Of a stretch of DNA of 64,000 nucleotides, positions 13,601 through 22,292 are shown in pieces (positions within the stretch are counted from its first letter, which is position 1; every line of letters begins with the position of its first letter). Under the pieces are notes generated by a model. The model did no database searches, was not told where the DNA came from, and worked only from the letters and a program-made list of their open reading frames with translations. Origin of the DNA: a virus (Duplodnaviria > Caudoviricetes); the IMG/VR virus record IMGVR_UViG_3300032312_000528, positions 3,370 to 67,369 of that record; one strand, given 5' to 3'. The position numbers and the translations under genes were made by a program.

Positions 13601-15320
13601 AAAATGGCTTTGATGCTACATACGCAAGACCTTCTTCCATAGGAACCAATAACCCAGACATTAGTTTTTGCATTTTTGTACCTCGTCTTAGAGCTCTGGT
13701 AAATCTTTCAAATTTAACCATAGTTGAGATTCCACTAGCAATACCTCCGCCTATCATCATAGAAGGTATCATAGCAAGACTACTTCCTGCTATATCACCA
13801 AACCAAGCTCCGCTATAAGCTTCAGGCCCTTGTTGACCTGCTTTGATGCTGTCTTTAGCACTTTGAGTTAAGTCATCATCACTTAACAACAATAATTCAT
13901 TCTGCTTTGATACATGATCCGCGACTTGCTGTTGGCTGTTTAAAGATGTACCTAAGTTGTCATTAAACCCAAACATACTAAATTCATCAGCTATACTTCG
14001 TTTCATGGCTGAGAAAAACCCGTCCTCAATTTCTGGGTATCTATTTATTAAAGCTACAGGAGCTATCGATTGAATCTTGTTCTCCAAATCACTAATAGCC
14101 TTTGTAGCCCTTTCTATTTCTTTAGCTTTTTTTGAGTCTGGAAATATTCTGTCTTCTTTTACAATTTCTGCGGTTATATCCTCTACCTTTTTTTCAAGCT
14201 TTGTTTTTTCATAGTTTAACGCAACAAAATAATTCCTTACTTTTTGCATTGCTGTACTACCTGGAATGCCAGCTTGCTTTATCTCTTCCTCGTTTTCACT
14301 ATACACAACCAAAGCTTTACCTTCTGGATCTAATAGGTAGTTTTGGAATATTCCACTTAACTTATTCTCGGCAACCTTAATGTTTTTGTCAAAATCAGAT
14401 TTTTTAGCTTGCTCTTCCCCGAACATCTTTACATACTCAGCCCTTCCTGACTTAAGAGTTTCTAGCTCTTTTTTTATTGCGTCTATAGGCTCTGCATACA
14501 TTTTTTTAAGCTCACCTTCATTTGCTCTCACAAACATTTTCTGCATATCTATTTGAGACAACAGAGCAGGATCTTTACTGGCTTCATATTGAGCAGTTAA
14601 ATCTTTTATTGATTCTCTGCCTTTTTGTATTGCTCCTAGGTATTTGTATTCTGATTTTTGAAAGTCACTCAAGTAAGCTTCAGAGGCGGCGTCGGCTGAT
14701 GAGAAATAGAATTGGTATGGATCTACTTTTTTAGCAGTTACGTCTGTAGAAAACTTATTCCACAAAACATTTGCTGAAGCTTTTTCGTTTTCGGCAACTT
14801 GTTTATATATTTCGGCTTGCTTTGCCTTCAACGCCTCTCTGCTTATTGGTATGTCTCCTTGAGTTGTACTCTCGGAAACTGCAACATTCTTCTTAGGAGC
14901 ACCTATCTTTTCAAGGTACTGTTCTGTTGCAGACGGGGCTTTAAATTTATCTAAAAAGCTTGGGGCCGCAGGAGGTATTTGTTGTACCGCAGGAGCCGAG
15001 CCATTGCTTGCAAACTCTTCCGCAGATATAGCTTGAGATGTTTTAGTTTTATCAACAGGCGCGAACCACTCATCGCTGAATAGTGGCTGTGATTGTAATT
15101 GTGTATCCAAACGCTCGGAAAGAGACGGTTCTTTTTTTTTTAAAGATTGGTTTATGTAGGTACTAATTTCCTCTACGTTCCCAAAAGCCCCAGATGATGA
15201 TGTGACATCATATATGTCCTTGTGGTTTTTAACGTCCGATGCAAACTGTCTAAATTCTGCTTCGTCTTGAAAACTGCCTTGCGGCATTAATTTGTATAGT
15301 TCTGATATTGAGTCTGTCAT
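4644..15320 (-). CDS. Giant polyvalent virion protein (~3558 aa): ParB-like, two HExxH metallopeptidase, LPD23-like, ADP-ribosyltransferase-like and GNAT-like domains
   Basis: Motifs VNDGHHRIRAA (ParB/Srx), IHEFGH and LHEMQH..AGEVESRNVQ (zincin), TGWELGVDKKWRYEI (LPD23-like), FKKWFGDW..SKVVDENGEPLVVYHGT (polyvalent ART), KGQGQGRSAL..LVKFYQKAGF (GNAT); start set at ATG 15320, coupled to the upstream stop (TAATG). Confidence 0.85.
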   Translation of the reverse strand: MTDSISELYKLMPQGSFQDEAEFRQFASDVKNHKDIYDVTSSSGAFGNVEEISTYINQSLKKKEPSLSERLDTQLQSQPLFSDEWFAPVDKTKTSQAISAEEFASNGSAPAVQQIPPAAPSFLDKFKAPSATEQYLEKIGAPKKNVAVSESTTQGDIPISREALKAKQAEIYKQVAENEKASANVLWNKFSTDVTAKKVDPYQFYFSSADAASEAYLSDFQKSEYKYLGAIQKGRESIKDLTAQYEASKDPALLSQIDMQKMFVRANEGELKKMYAEPIDAIKKELETLKSGRAEYVKMFGEEQAKKSDFDKNIKVAENKLSGIFQNYLLDPEGKALVVYSENEEEIKQAGIPGSTAMQKVRNYFVALNYEKTKLEKKVEDITAEIVKEDRIFPDSKKAKEIERATKAISDLENKIQSIAPVALINRYPEIEDGFFSAMKRSIADEFSMFGFNDNLGTSLNSQQQVADHVSKQNELLLLSDDDLTQSAKDSIKAGQQGPEAYSGAWFGDIAGSSLAMIPSMMIGGGIASGISTMVKFERFTRALRRGTKMQKLMSGLLVPMEEGLAYVASKPFLSEKSKGEATFLSGYLGGSFSKLFGKFASEKGIEKLIGKMFNENAGKAKVIIEKLVKLQASAIGESVEEYGNTFGGLITTWLQTGDKKKFMAELEQNFGTFDKNLQFIIGAYSMGIGMGSGSQLGASAFKLARERYNKLTGKEKATFDKVKKAMDEAIVDADVQAGNKKKGEKSGPIQKEPQTKPEDTIPGATTADKIEAVQASLQQDNESLASTGQAVLLPDERKRAEGDLELLKQIKVEEDTAAAQEVQKQAEEPVARVMNDVEIKDATRTLDDAISNNPDIVKKAGVIDYEPQRMSLEERGKEDKPIKREQPPVGSLASNNMGDAYQLQEVPITDLTLNEKSQDLNTVEKYLNWYKEGSEFPPASAIQKADGSLIVNDGHHRIRAAKLAGEKTVKVWVSLADGNKPMAIEKAVSDNYQNALKTPAEQRTEQQKQLINSVDNALGSPDSFKSEDTTPAPRAVTQGDTVQIPELKTKKGVPVEMIYDNGEWKQKTGNTTKVAPPAVQAQAQKIYDNKNGIGVSSEVGIGQEPVKAEPIEGSSTQETPASGDVQTSEKVTPAKDSELKKPIKEITYESLTKGKGNLDKKYQDDSKENFWKSDGNMPSKSSMPKQMTDEDYKTLKDMPASINTKRFVWNYLHTNPDVSFDQVYVDTENAFRAEGRKLSYKGTATAEKEVTKEEVAKEKPAVEEEVLEEYIPLTKKNVDVGKFTKDEAVDYEEDEKEAENGRVYTYVSSMTVEVQDSDTGETVGRIVKVTDEDNNVNWRAEDVDGIDIFEDEFGSKAEALDALLADYNKKAKKEFEKEQKRKVREKVKDAEKKAKAEARAIEKAKAKEEKQKQKEKEGIKPVSEEQLAEDAIEEEVDDADVEELQEAAELESPKEAKKLISDATKQMIANNFNTAKLKIYRTIKKGVGVLKKILDKIKNNMIKSIIIAGFTIPSIASTLYFGPQIADMRDAGMAWTDIWNIYKGQAAKYTPEFVSKELLPKPKADALVAAKKDSVVVVADVNDSAYKDRLDRFEKIGETGEGFWKYRSQWVNEKGFVYVAGKSHMNSKGSKTQYAGVQGVAHFLLMSDAATDVTWETTDEAMKISTASRLREITNDQYAAVVERFGNDKVKVTYKQKKDIKPGELAPAKLHQVIWGDLDLDRVGPPIHGISGALGFRQKSTGAVYESMTWSTGRNAYARYDGGSVVFIFKDKFGNTIVRDFAGSVDDIINEANSIKQQFNITGDQITLGAFDAGSYMAKPMAYGGVIKQSRYPWNKSKSGGSLMIPAERYSLELDRELPEEVRGEVEERIGEALNDVNTNLETPVNVEANLPKDLKMTPIVVDKNDARPEADFMRKLRVPFSSILGKTIGIGMSDTLTTGERTVPTYDPSTGKINKNTKIREEGGIGYPFKSLMDFMSGKIKDINKVFGWAAVTIEAASSMVNAADKADKISGKDLKAHYFKAFGLNGKNLTKEQQDQKDRLEEGIPDDKQFGLVAIYKMGADGIKSNEAFAREAFRQIETLLTDSEKKDFFEKAKVRLGAVKWEGREEYIDQLRSAKNFAELEDMIHGPKSKLNLKTKAEIVSKVLLSSDKTESKETSNPVGYMLKSKGISIESVSDAISEPTMNSTIPGQMMLLLAIDPDIESIEDVNRDRHKNYPAGVAGWPVGLFEDTTMFHNASPQMMDTFLKSATSDRDTFASKKDPKTGEIKTVTVVLGQTQSGAFAAEEYGNKITDTIVTEDKNGNKLAEPKRTKTSKKLEGVEGDKVPVLDEKGNPVMGNTKEDVVKKLKKLGYTLSPGGFKSPYRQSVSGSVFNDLVQKAKAATIKIFSQTQLSPQQKLVKYLQEAFPGVVVEMSASSAAFNRAKFTGKKLFSKSNKDTQPFGYVGADGVIYLDPTYLNNNTPIHEFGHVWNTFAKQYKPDIYRKGVELVEGSKYQQAILESAAYKKIIQDTFGKGAIKKDKNTGKFIIDDSSVNADAVREYVADEALATAIGDKGELFVNQAQKVAFSKWLDVLFTAIRKLTGFEGYTDVEMRNMTLNQFVDAALKEVLGGKKVSDITSKDVSKIESKKTPKGKETNRFSFLGAKGMKALDAAEGVETRISFLKDAKAMAEEGRTPKDIKLMTGWELGVDKKWRYEIVPGNIAIDIKDDVNVAEFYGRYFIDPKTGFVRERLTKEELLGDANAEGIVTTNGSVTYPMEQFIGADSEYLKAYPALKNMKVVVGDFKNIPGLNSRDSRVRTRGGFNKETGTVYLNTFLLSDKEKLRSTFLHEMQHLIQASERFAKGATESDFYDQVDEAALDNAEGNLSDIRSLYGSSDLAKELVDTFPEYGTPKEGTLKDFYNNLADKYDVSSATVKRIAEEMYGLLGEWPTRDNYETVVNAYLDFIRDNSAFGLYQRVAGEVESRNVQTRMNMTPEERRASLAADTVDVNPKDQIVMFDSYDMSMQEAEGAAKGKNLAPNGKPSNLNDAQYKQVRTPQFKKWFGDWENDPENASKVVDENGEPLVVYHGTPSADIETFDRSLRKRTDSGLRELGYYFTTNKTLAELYAKAPVKEGATNATGKIYEAFLNLRKVKEFDAKGEQGLEAWNNLEVNAGYKWATNRDAMDFLINGRFGVEKVDGIVANNIVDMEAQGADVPQYKGTAYLVFDDNKNSIKSATDNTGEFSTTDNRIQASMDSKGAKVIKSKDFDMDGEYDVYYKGDNIGRMYYDRSLKSWKNADFDHFKQKPYSVEWVYGDMLGDTKEEAVNTLVERHLEKKPKPEPKPVAKAPAKDISSDPILNEYLNGLSEKGNLQRNPFNPREFIYNNAARLEFNRFDKGNRREISLQDISTINKGQGQGRSALNDITSVADELGMKVTLDAKPFGDNGLKIRDLVKFYQKAGFKIDLSSYNGEFKTDKEMIDYAAKYSDEAVPMYRDPSTAQAFKGGSDAKSTFAQATDLFYEIKETEGAAKKKRLADERKALMDANPSVKYIDDNIKNILDQLEKNNKATRKGNCP

Positions 15321-16900
15321 TATTGTCCTGCTTGTGCTTTTGCTGCGGTCCACTCTGATAAAGTTTTAGTATCGTTGCCAGGTATTTTCTTCCATTCAGC
15401 AAACGTAGGGAATGCTTGCCTATTACCTCCCCCTTGTTGACCTCCTTGCTGTCCGCCTTGTTGTCTTTGTTGTTGTTGACCTCCGCCCTGTTGACCACCT
15501 TGTTGATTTTGCTGTTGTTGCTGTTGTTGACCTTGTTGGCCCATTTGCTTGTATTTCTTATTCAGCTCTTTAGAATTAATTACCTGTTGATTGTAATATC
15601 TCTTTACTGTCGCCAACTCAGTTCCTGTTCCCTCTACAACGGGCTTAGCAGGAACCCATAAAAACGAATCCAATCCTGCTATATCTTTGTATTGTCCATA
15701 CAACATTGGCTTAAATTCACCTTTGCCTTTTGCGGCTAAATCAGATGTTATTTCGTCATAAGTTTTATTTGTGTACACTTTTCCACCTACCTCAACTGTG
15801 TACTTTTTAGTAGGATCGTTTTGATCAAAAGGTATTGGAGCTACTTGGCCATCTTTCAACACAAATGGGGTAGACATCACACCGCTAGTTACGTTTGCTG
15901 AATCGTCAATCTTCTTTCCGCTCTTTGCATCTATTCCATTTGCGCTAGTTACAACTACGTTAATATTGCCAACCTGAATGCCATTTGGAGCATATGAGCT
16001 AACATCGGCATCTAAATGTGTATCATGTACAGTTATAAATTGATCTGAAAATTCTATAGGAGGCAATTGGTTCTGATTACCACCGCCGCCGCCGCCGCCA
16101 GAAACCTGTCTAGGCTCCCACTGTGGCTTAAGGTAGTTATACAATGCATCAGCGTATTCCTTTTTATTTGTCCAAACCCTTTGGTCTACACCTTTTTTGA
16201 AATGATTCTCATTCATGGCATTTGCTGCCACTAGATCTACTTGTTCTCTTAGTTTTGCTAAAGATGAGTAGTTGTTTGGAACAATGTCTTTTATTGGTAC
16301 ATATGGATTGAAAGGTTCATCCAACTCAACTTTTAATGTATTTGGGTCTATACCAACACGATTAATTGGCTCTTGAGCTAAATATGCATTGATGTTAGCT
16401 TCTGTTTTTTTAACATCAAACTTATCTACATTGCCATAAACCTCGTTTGTTATCCTTTGTAATAATGCACCTTGTTCTTTAGACGCATTGGCCGCATCTA
16501 ATGTTTTTTGACCTCTGGTGTTCCATTCGGCTACTTCAGGAACAGACCAGTCAGACAAATCATAACCTGCATTTTTAAGTTTAGCTCCTTCCGTCTTGTG
16601 ATCTATGGTTGCTTGCGTAAAATACTTTTTATTGTCAGCAGCCATCCCTTCAAAGCTTACCTTTGCAAGAACGCCCTTATTTAGTCTTTCTCTATCAGCT
16701 TCTTTCTTAAGCGCTGCCTTTTGCTCTGTTTGCTGAAGCTTAGTATTAGCTAAATCTATTTTTTGTAAATAGCTTCTTTCGGCTCCAATTTGTCTTGCAA
16801 CTTGATCTAACGGATTGTTTCCAATTGTAAATGCAGGGTTGGTATATGCCGCTCCACCTGAATTACCTCTCTTTTCGTATACTACGCTTAATGGATCCAT
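15320..16900 (-). CDS. Putative ejection/internal virion protein with Gln/Gly-rich tail (526 aa)
   Basis: Position in the ejection block; low-complexity QQGGQQ C-terminus. Confidence 0.5.
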   Translation of the reverse strand: MDPLSVVYEKRGNSGGAAYTNPAFTIGNNPLDQVARQIGAERSYLQKIDLANTKLQQTEQKAALKKEADRERLNKGVLAKVSFEGMAADNKKYFTQATIDHKTEGAKLKNAGYDLSDWSVPEVAEWNTRGQKTLDAANASKEQGALLQRITNEVYGNVDKFDVKKTEANINAYLAQEPINRVGIDPNTLKVELDEPFNPYVPIKDIVPNNYSSLAKLREQVDLVAANAMNENHFKKGVDQRVWTNKKEYADALYNYLKPQWEPRQVSGGGGGGGNQNQLPPIEFSDQFITVHDTHLDADVSSYAPNGIQVGNINVVVTSANGIDAKSGKKIDDSANVTSGVMSTPFVLKDGQVAPIPFDQNDPTKKYTVEVGGKVYTNKTYDEITSDLAAKGKGEFKPMLYGQYKDIAGLDSFLWVPAKPVVEGTGTELATVKRYYNQQVINSKELNKKYKQMGQQGQQQQQQQNQQGGQQGGGQQQQRQQGGQQGGQQGGGNRQAFPTFAEWKKIPGNDTKTLSEWTAAKAQAGQ

Positions 16901-16908
16901 ATATTATT

Positions 16909-17931
16909 CTAGTTAAAAAGTCCCCCAAGAAACGATCCTCTGCTCTTTTTAGGCATTGGCGTGTAAACTGGTTTTATAGGCTGCAACTCATTTATACGAT
17001 AGTTAACAGGCATCTTAGGGATATTTAATCTACTTGGGTGCCCAAGATTGTTTGTTGTTTGAGTTGGCACTTGCTGCACGCCTGGGATATTGTTAATATT
17101 AATAGGGGTGTAGCCAGACATCTTTAGATTTGACTCTGTACCAACGTCTACGGTAGAGTTATCAAACTCAGGAGCATCAACAACACTAGGTGTTACCTTA
17201 TCGTCTTTTTGCGCAAACTTATTCATGTATGCGTTCATCATGTTTTGTTGATTTTGCATATTTAGCGCACCTGATATTCCACTAGCTATATTTGTCCCTC
17301 CTGCCATAGCGTTTCTAAATGCGCCTTCTCTTAGAGCAGATGCAGCAGCCATCGCGTTTTGGTATGGTTGGTTTTGGTTGTAGTCCCATTGTTGTTGTTG
17401 ATATTGACCAAGCCTATTTAAAGCTTGATTTAATTGACCTTGTTGACCCAACCAGTTTTGACCAGCCTGTATGCCAATGTTATTCATGGCATCATTTTGA
17501 GCACCATACATCCTTGCCACGTTTGATGCTAGGTCAGCTGGGTTAGCTGCTACATTCTTCATTTCCGCGATACCCTTTGCTGTGTTTTGACCAAGTCTGC
17601 CTTCCATAAGGTTTTGACCTGGCAATTCTCTCATGCTTGCTAGATATTTAGACTGATTAACAGCATCTAGTACACCTTGAGGTATTTCATATTGCGGACG
17701 TTGAGTTTTTGCAAATTCGTTTGCTTTTTTCTTTTGAGATATTGCTTGAGCTAAGTTGATTGCAGTTGGAATTGCCTGTGCGGCTAACATTCCCCAGCCT
17801 AGAGGCCCCATAGCTGCTTTGCTAGCTACGCCTGCTGCGGTTCCTAATCCTGAAGCTGCGGTTCCAGTTGAGCCGCCTCCTCCTCCAAGCCCTAACATTT
17901 GGGCGTACATTAACATTTGCTGTGGATCCAT
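16909..17931 (-). CDS. Putative DNA pilot/ejection protein (340 aa)
   Basis: Gly/Ala-rich hydrophobic N-terminus followed by Gln/Asn/Ala coiled coil; first gene after the tail genes. Confidence 0.55.
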   Translation of the reverse strand: MDPQQMLMYAQMLGLGGGGGSTGTAASGLGTAAGVASKAAMGPLGWGMLAAQAIPTAINLAQAISQKKKANEFAKTQRPQYEIPQGVLDAVNQSKYLASMRELPGQNLMEGRLGQNTAKGIAEMKNVAANPADLASNVARMYGAQNDAMNNIGIQAGQNWLGQQGQLNQALNRLGQYQQQQWDYNQNQPYQNAMAAASALREGAFRNAMAGGTNIASGISGALNMQNQQNMMNAYMNKFAQKDDKVTPSVVDAPEFDNSTVDVGTESNLKMSGYTPININNIPGVQQVPTQTTNNLGHPSRLNIPKMPVNYRINELQPIKPVYTPMPKKSRGSFLGGLFN

Positions 17932-17951
17932 CGTAATAATGTTTATTTCTA

Positions 17952-17959
17952 CAAAACTA
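17952..17959 (-). promoter_or_regulatory. Bacteroidota-type -7 promoter element (TAGTTTTG) for the ejection-protein operon
   Basis: Matches TAnnTTTG in the intergenic gap, 20 nt before the ATG. Confidence 0.6.
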
Positions 17960-17985
17960 ATGAAAATCTCATAGTCTTGTTAATT

Positions 17986-20900
17986 TTATTTACTCAATGG
18001 ACTTGCAACAGAGTTGATCAACACAGAGTACAGTACGGTTTCATCAGTGTCGCTGTTTTCTATCTCTTGAATCAATACTTGTCCCCTCAGCTTTCTGCCG
18101 CCCATTAAGGCCGCTTCCTGTGTGGGAAAGTTTGGCGTATTAGCATCCCTCAAATAGTCGGCATATGCTACACTTTCTTTCCATCTAAACTTAGCAGGTA
18201 GCAATCTTGACTCCATTCCTATAGGGTAGCCTGTGCTTGCAGGTACGGATATGTCACCTATATTCGGAGATGACCACAACTTGTTGCTATAAATTGCTAC
18301 AGCTGCATAATTTTTGATTGTCAAATAGTCCTGGTTTGCTACAAACTTAACCTTTGTTGAGTACTGAACCCCGTAGAAGTTATTCCTAGGGACTGTTTGA
18401 TCGTTGTGCTCCCACAGTGCACCATCTTTAAAGCTGATAAATGTTAGCGCATTGCTTCCATAATACTCAGGTGCGTAGCTTAGTTTTGTCTTCCATTTGT
18501 TGTCTGGGGTGTGATACGCAATTGTTTGATTAGGAATAATGCTTCCAGTTGTGTCTATGAAGGTTACGTTTAAATACGCGTTAAACACATCCATAGATGC
18601 ATACACATAAACATTACTAGAATCCTTTATTTTCTGCGCAATATCTCTGAAGTAAGTCTTTGCCTTGTAGTCGCTGATTGGCATCATGCCGTTAGCCGAG
18701 TCTTGAATAAATGTGCCTGTGTTTACATCAAAGAAGTACATCTGGCGATCATCTACACACACGCTTTCTGGGTGATCGCACCCGTAGTCTAGTTCACTTG
18801 GGTTCTTGTTGCCTAATACCTTGTCCGTTAAAGTTAATTGAGACTCTCCGTTTGCGTTAAAGATCATATTCCTATCAATGTAGATAGACGTATTCTTCTT
18901 GGTCTGCAAAACCTTTAGAGTGTATCCCACGCTGGCGATCTTGTTGATTGGCCCGTATCTGGTATTCACGGTGTCATAGTCTGATCCATTGAACTGGCAA
19001 AGATCATTTGTGTTGGTGTTTGGGAAGTATCTTCCACCGTACCTTAATCCTTGTTCGTATCTTTTAGTTTTGCCTTCAGGTATTACTGCGTATATCGCTG
19101 ATATGTCTATGTTTTTAGAATCATAAAAATCTGAAAAATTTTCTGACTCAACAATGGCTTTAAATATACTTGGGTAAAATGCATTAAAATACCTTGGATA
19201 TATATAGCAATCACCCCGGGCCAATGATACCAATGCAGGAAGAGAAGATGTTTGGTTTTGCGCATTTCCTTCATGTGCCCTTTGTGGTGTCCCTGGGTTT
19301 AATATTTTATAAGTTTCTCCTATTGCAAAGTAAGGCCTGTCTACAGCTGCTGTTTTTTTCTTGAACGAATACAACTCACATAGCATATTGTTTTGTGTTG
19401 GAATCGCCATTCCTGCCGTTACTTGAGAAGGTGCATAATTAGTTACTGTTAACACATTTGTAGTTGTATCAAATGCCAAAACCTTTACCTCTATGTATTG
19501 TTGAGTATATTTATCGGCGTTTGATATAAACCTAACATAGTCACCCTCTTCAAACTGAAAGTCTACAGATGTTACAATTCTCTCTTTGGTTATGTAGTCA
19601 ATAATATAAGAACAATCTATGTTATAGTTTCCGCGTGCATCAACTTTTGTTAAGTTTTTTGCAGAATCTGGATTTTGTTTTATTACAAATTGTGTGTATT
19701 TCTGAAGATTATTCAACCCGTATACAATTTCATATTCATTAGCCCATATAGGCGGCTTATGGTTTATAGATAAGTCAATTGATGTGACATATGCTTTATT
19801 GGGATCAACACTTTGTAATGCGTTTGTCTCTGGCAAGAAAGGAACATAAACACTGCAACTTTCATTTGTTGCCACCCCACCGTCTCTGCCTTCTATATCT
19901 TTGTAAACTATTCCAAATGGATGCCAAGCTCCTTTTTTATATGATATTTTTTTAGAAGAAACAGGAATAACCTTAACGCCAAGAAGTTGAATGTATTCTC
20001 CAGTTGGCAAAGGACCTCCTATTTCTAAATACCATCCGTCAATAGGAATCGGACTTGAAGGGTATGTAGCAACTGCAATTCCGCCAACAGGTTGGGCTGT
20101 GGATATAATTGCACTTTTTAAATTCTGAATCGTGAGCGTAGGCCACGCTGATATGTCAGCTTCTGTTATAGTATAGTTTATCTGATATTTGTTGCTATAC
20201 TGTGCAGGGGCGGTTACAATAAAAGTAGGGTTATCACTTCTGTTAACTATAAAAGATATTACAACCCCAACTGTAATGTAAGATGGTTTATTTACAGGCA
20301 AGAAGTATTGACTCCTAGGTCCTATTGAGCCACCTGCATTATAATTGTCGTATGCTATTTGATAGTTTGTCCAACCACCAAGAGGAGTTTCAGTTGTGAC
20401 AATATCTGCTGGAGATATATCTGTCAATGTATTTGTATAAGATAAATCTACATTTAAGTCTGGGTTTTGATAGCCTTCTACATTGTTTGCAAAAACTTGT
20501 CTATTGCCATCTATAATTTCTTGAGTTTTAGATATCTGCGGAACAGAATCATAATTGTTAAAATCTTCTGCTATTTCAATAAGCAAACCTTCATTATAAA
20601 AATCATACACATAGTCAGTGTAATCATTTATTAATCTAGTGTTATCTTGGTCATACTTTAATATAGGAGTATCTGTTTTTGCCCACACTCCTGTATTGCC
20701 AAATCTAAACGCTACATCAATTGCTTTTACCGTCGGGTGCCCTGTGTTTAATGTCACGGCGATATAGTTAAAGCTTGATGAATCAGAAAACAAACCTACT
20801 ACATTTTCATTTGGGCTGGGAGTTGCAACATAAGAACCGTCACTCCACCTAGAGTATTCATTATCATCATAGATATAACGATACTTTACCTGAATCATTT

Positions 20901-21531
20901 TCTCTCTAATATAGTTTGTCTTTTTGCTTGGATTATATTTTGGTTCAACACTAGGTTCTTCAAATGGTTTGTACTTGATAAACTCTATAAACTGAAGCTT
21001 TTGGGCATCGGTTCCTGTAGCAATTAAGTTATTGTAAGGAATGTTTGTTGCACTAGGGGGCAACTGTCTCATGAAATCATACGCCCTTTTCTTGTTAATC
21101 TTTCTTGGGCTAACATTGTTGTCTGTCCAAGTTAAGATGTCGTCAATAATATTTGCTGAGTGAATTTTGTTTTCTTTAGTAAACCCCAAAAAGTTTGTAG
21201 TAAAGTTAACCCCAAACAAATTAAATGGAACAAGGATGGGTTCTATAACTTTAAACGCGCAAGAATACTCAAGAATACTATGGTTGCCCAAGCTGTTGTA
21301 AACAAAATATATAATAGTATTCTGTTTAATGTTTCTTAATGTGCCTATGCAAGTATTCTCACCCGTAGGCAATGTGTAATCCTGTAATTTATTGCCATAC
21401 ATATTGTGGATGCTACCCCTTTGAGAAGTACCACTTGATATGTTTAGTGCATCTATATAGTCTACCTCTCCGACGTTTCTGATGTCTGAATCGAAGTCTA
21501 GCCCACCTGTGAATGTTATTAGATCCTTCAT
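17986..21531 (-). CDS. Tail stabilisation/muzzle protein (crAss-like, 1181 aa)
   Basis: N-terminal FTGGLDFDSD..DYIDALNI pattern typical of crAss-like muzzle proteins; FKYRYIY-like repeats; synteny after ring proteins. Confidence 0.75.
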   Translation of the reverse strand: MKDLITFTGGLDFDSDIRNVGEVDYIDALNISSGTSQRGSIHNMYGNKLQDYTLPTGENTCIGTLRNIKQNTIIYFVYNSLGNHSILEYSCAFKVIEPILVPFNLFGVNFTTNFLGFTKENKIHSANIIDDILTWTDNNVSPRKINKKRAYDFMRQLPPSATNIPYNNLIATGTDAQKLQFIEFIKYKPFEEPSVEPKYNPSKKTNYIREKMIQVKYRYIYDDNEYSRWSDGSYVATPSPNENVVGLFSDSSSFNYIAVTLNTGHPTVKAIDVAFRFGNTGVWAKTDTPILKYDQDNTRLINDYTDYVYDFYNEGLLIEIAEDFNNYDSVPQISKTQEIIDGNRQVFANNVEGYQNPDLNVDLSYTNTLTDISPADIVTTETPLGGWTNYQIAYDNYNAGGSIGPRSQYFLPVNKPSYITVGVVISFIVNRSDNPTFIVTAPAQYSNKYQINYTITEADISAWPTLTIQNLKSAIISTAQPVGGIAVATYPSSPIPIDGWYLEIGGPLPTGEYIQLLGVKVIPVSSKKISYKKGAWHPFGIVYKDIEGRDGGVATNESCSVYVPFLPETNALQSVDPNKAYVTSIDLSINHKPPIWANEYEIVYGLNNLQKYTQFVIKQNPDSAKNLTKVDARGNYNIDCSYIIDYITKERIVTSVDFQFEEGDYVRFISNADKYTQQYIEVKVLAFDTTTNVLTVTNYAPSQVTAGMAIPTQNNMLCELYSFKKKTAAVDRPYFAIGETYKILNPGTPQRAHEGNAQNQTSSLPALVSLARGDCYIYPRYFNAFYPSIFKAIVESENFSDFYDSKNIDISAIYAVIPEGKTKRYEQGLRYGGRYFPNTNTNDLCQFNGSDYDTVNTRYGPINKIASVGYTLKVLQTKKNTSIYIDRNMIFNANGESQLTLTDKVLGNKNPSELDYGCDHPESVCVDDRQMYFFDVNTGTFIQDSANGMMPISDYKAKTYFRDIAQKIKDSSNVYVYASMDVFNAYLNVTFIDTTGSIIPNQTIAYHTPDNKWKTKLSYAPEYYGSNALTFISFKDGALWEHNDQTVPRNNFYGVQYSTKVKFVANQDYLTIKNYAAVAIYSNKLWSSPNIGDISVPASTGYPIGMESRLLPAKFRWKESVAYADYLRDANTPNFPTQEAALMGGRKLRGQVLIQEIENSDTDETVLYSVLINSVASPLSK

Positions 21532-22289
21532 TATCTTTTTGGAGCTTGAGACATTGTTGAGTAAAGGTTGTCAAGGTATTCGCTCACGTTGAATGAACAC
21601 TCGATAGTCTTTAATTTATATAATTCTTTGTCGTACAAGTTTTCTTTTCTTTGTTTTTCGTTCATTGGAACACGGAAGTCATACTCAGCAGTCTTCCAAT
21701 GTAAGTAAGCTTTTAGAGCAGGCACTGCCTGGCGAGGTACGATGGCTCCTCCTGCCTTAACTCCACTTGACTTGTACTCTAATATTACCTCGTCGTTAGG
21801 GACGTTACCGTGGAAGTATATAACCCTCCTGTTCATGTCTATCCTGTAGTATGCAATATTGAAGCCGCCACCCACGCCGTATAGAGTGTTGGTGTATCTA
21901 CCGTATCTATAGTGAGGTGCGAAGAAGTAACCGCCATCAACAACGACTGATTCGGTGACGGCTTCAATAGCTACAGGACATATCGTTTCTGGTCTTGGTA
22001 AAATAAGGTCATTGTTTACTGTTAGTGTCCACATTCTTCCTGCGATTTCCACACCAATCTTTGTCATTGTAACAAAGTCTACAGGAAGCTCAGCTGTGTT
22101 TGTGTCTGGGTTAACGGCAAGATAAGCTACATCAATTGTGTTTACTTCAAACAATTGCATATCGCTATAGCCTTCGATGGCCATTTGAACGTACTTCTCT
22201 ATGTTGGTTAGCGACTTCTCGCCACGCTCAGACATAAATGATTTTACTACTTGGAGTAAACTTAGGTATGATGTTATTCTTTCTGCCAT
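21531..22289 (-). CDS. Tail ring/tubular protein (252 aa)
   Basis: Size and synteny in the ring-ring-ring-muzzle order of crAss-like tails. Confidence 0.6.
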   Translation of the reverse strand: MAERITSYLSLLQVVKSFMSERGEKSLTNIEKYVQMAIEGYSDMQLFEVNTIDVAYLAVNPDTNTAELPVDFVTMTKIGVEIAGRMWTLTVNNDLILPRPETICPVAIEAVTESVVVDGGYFFAPHYRYGRYTNTLYGVGGGFNIAYYRIDMNRRVIYFHGNVPNDEVILEYKSSGVKAGGAIVPRQAVPALKAYLHWKTAEYDFRVPMNEKQRKENLYDKELYKLKTIECSFNVSEYLDNLYSTMSQAPKR

Positions 22290-22292
22290 TTA

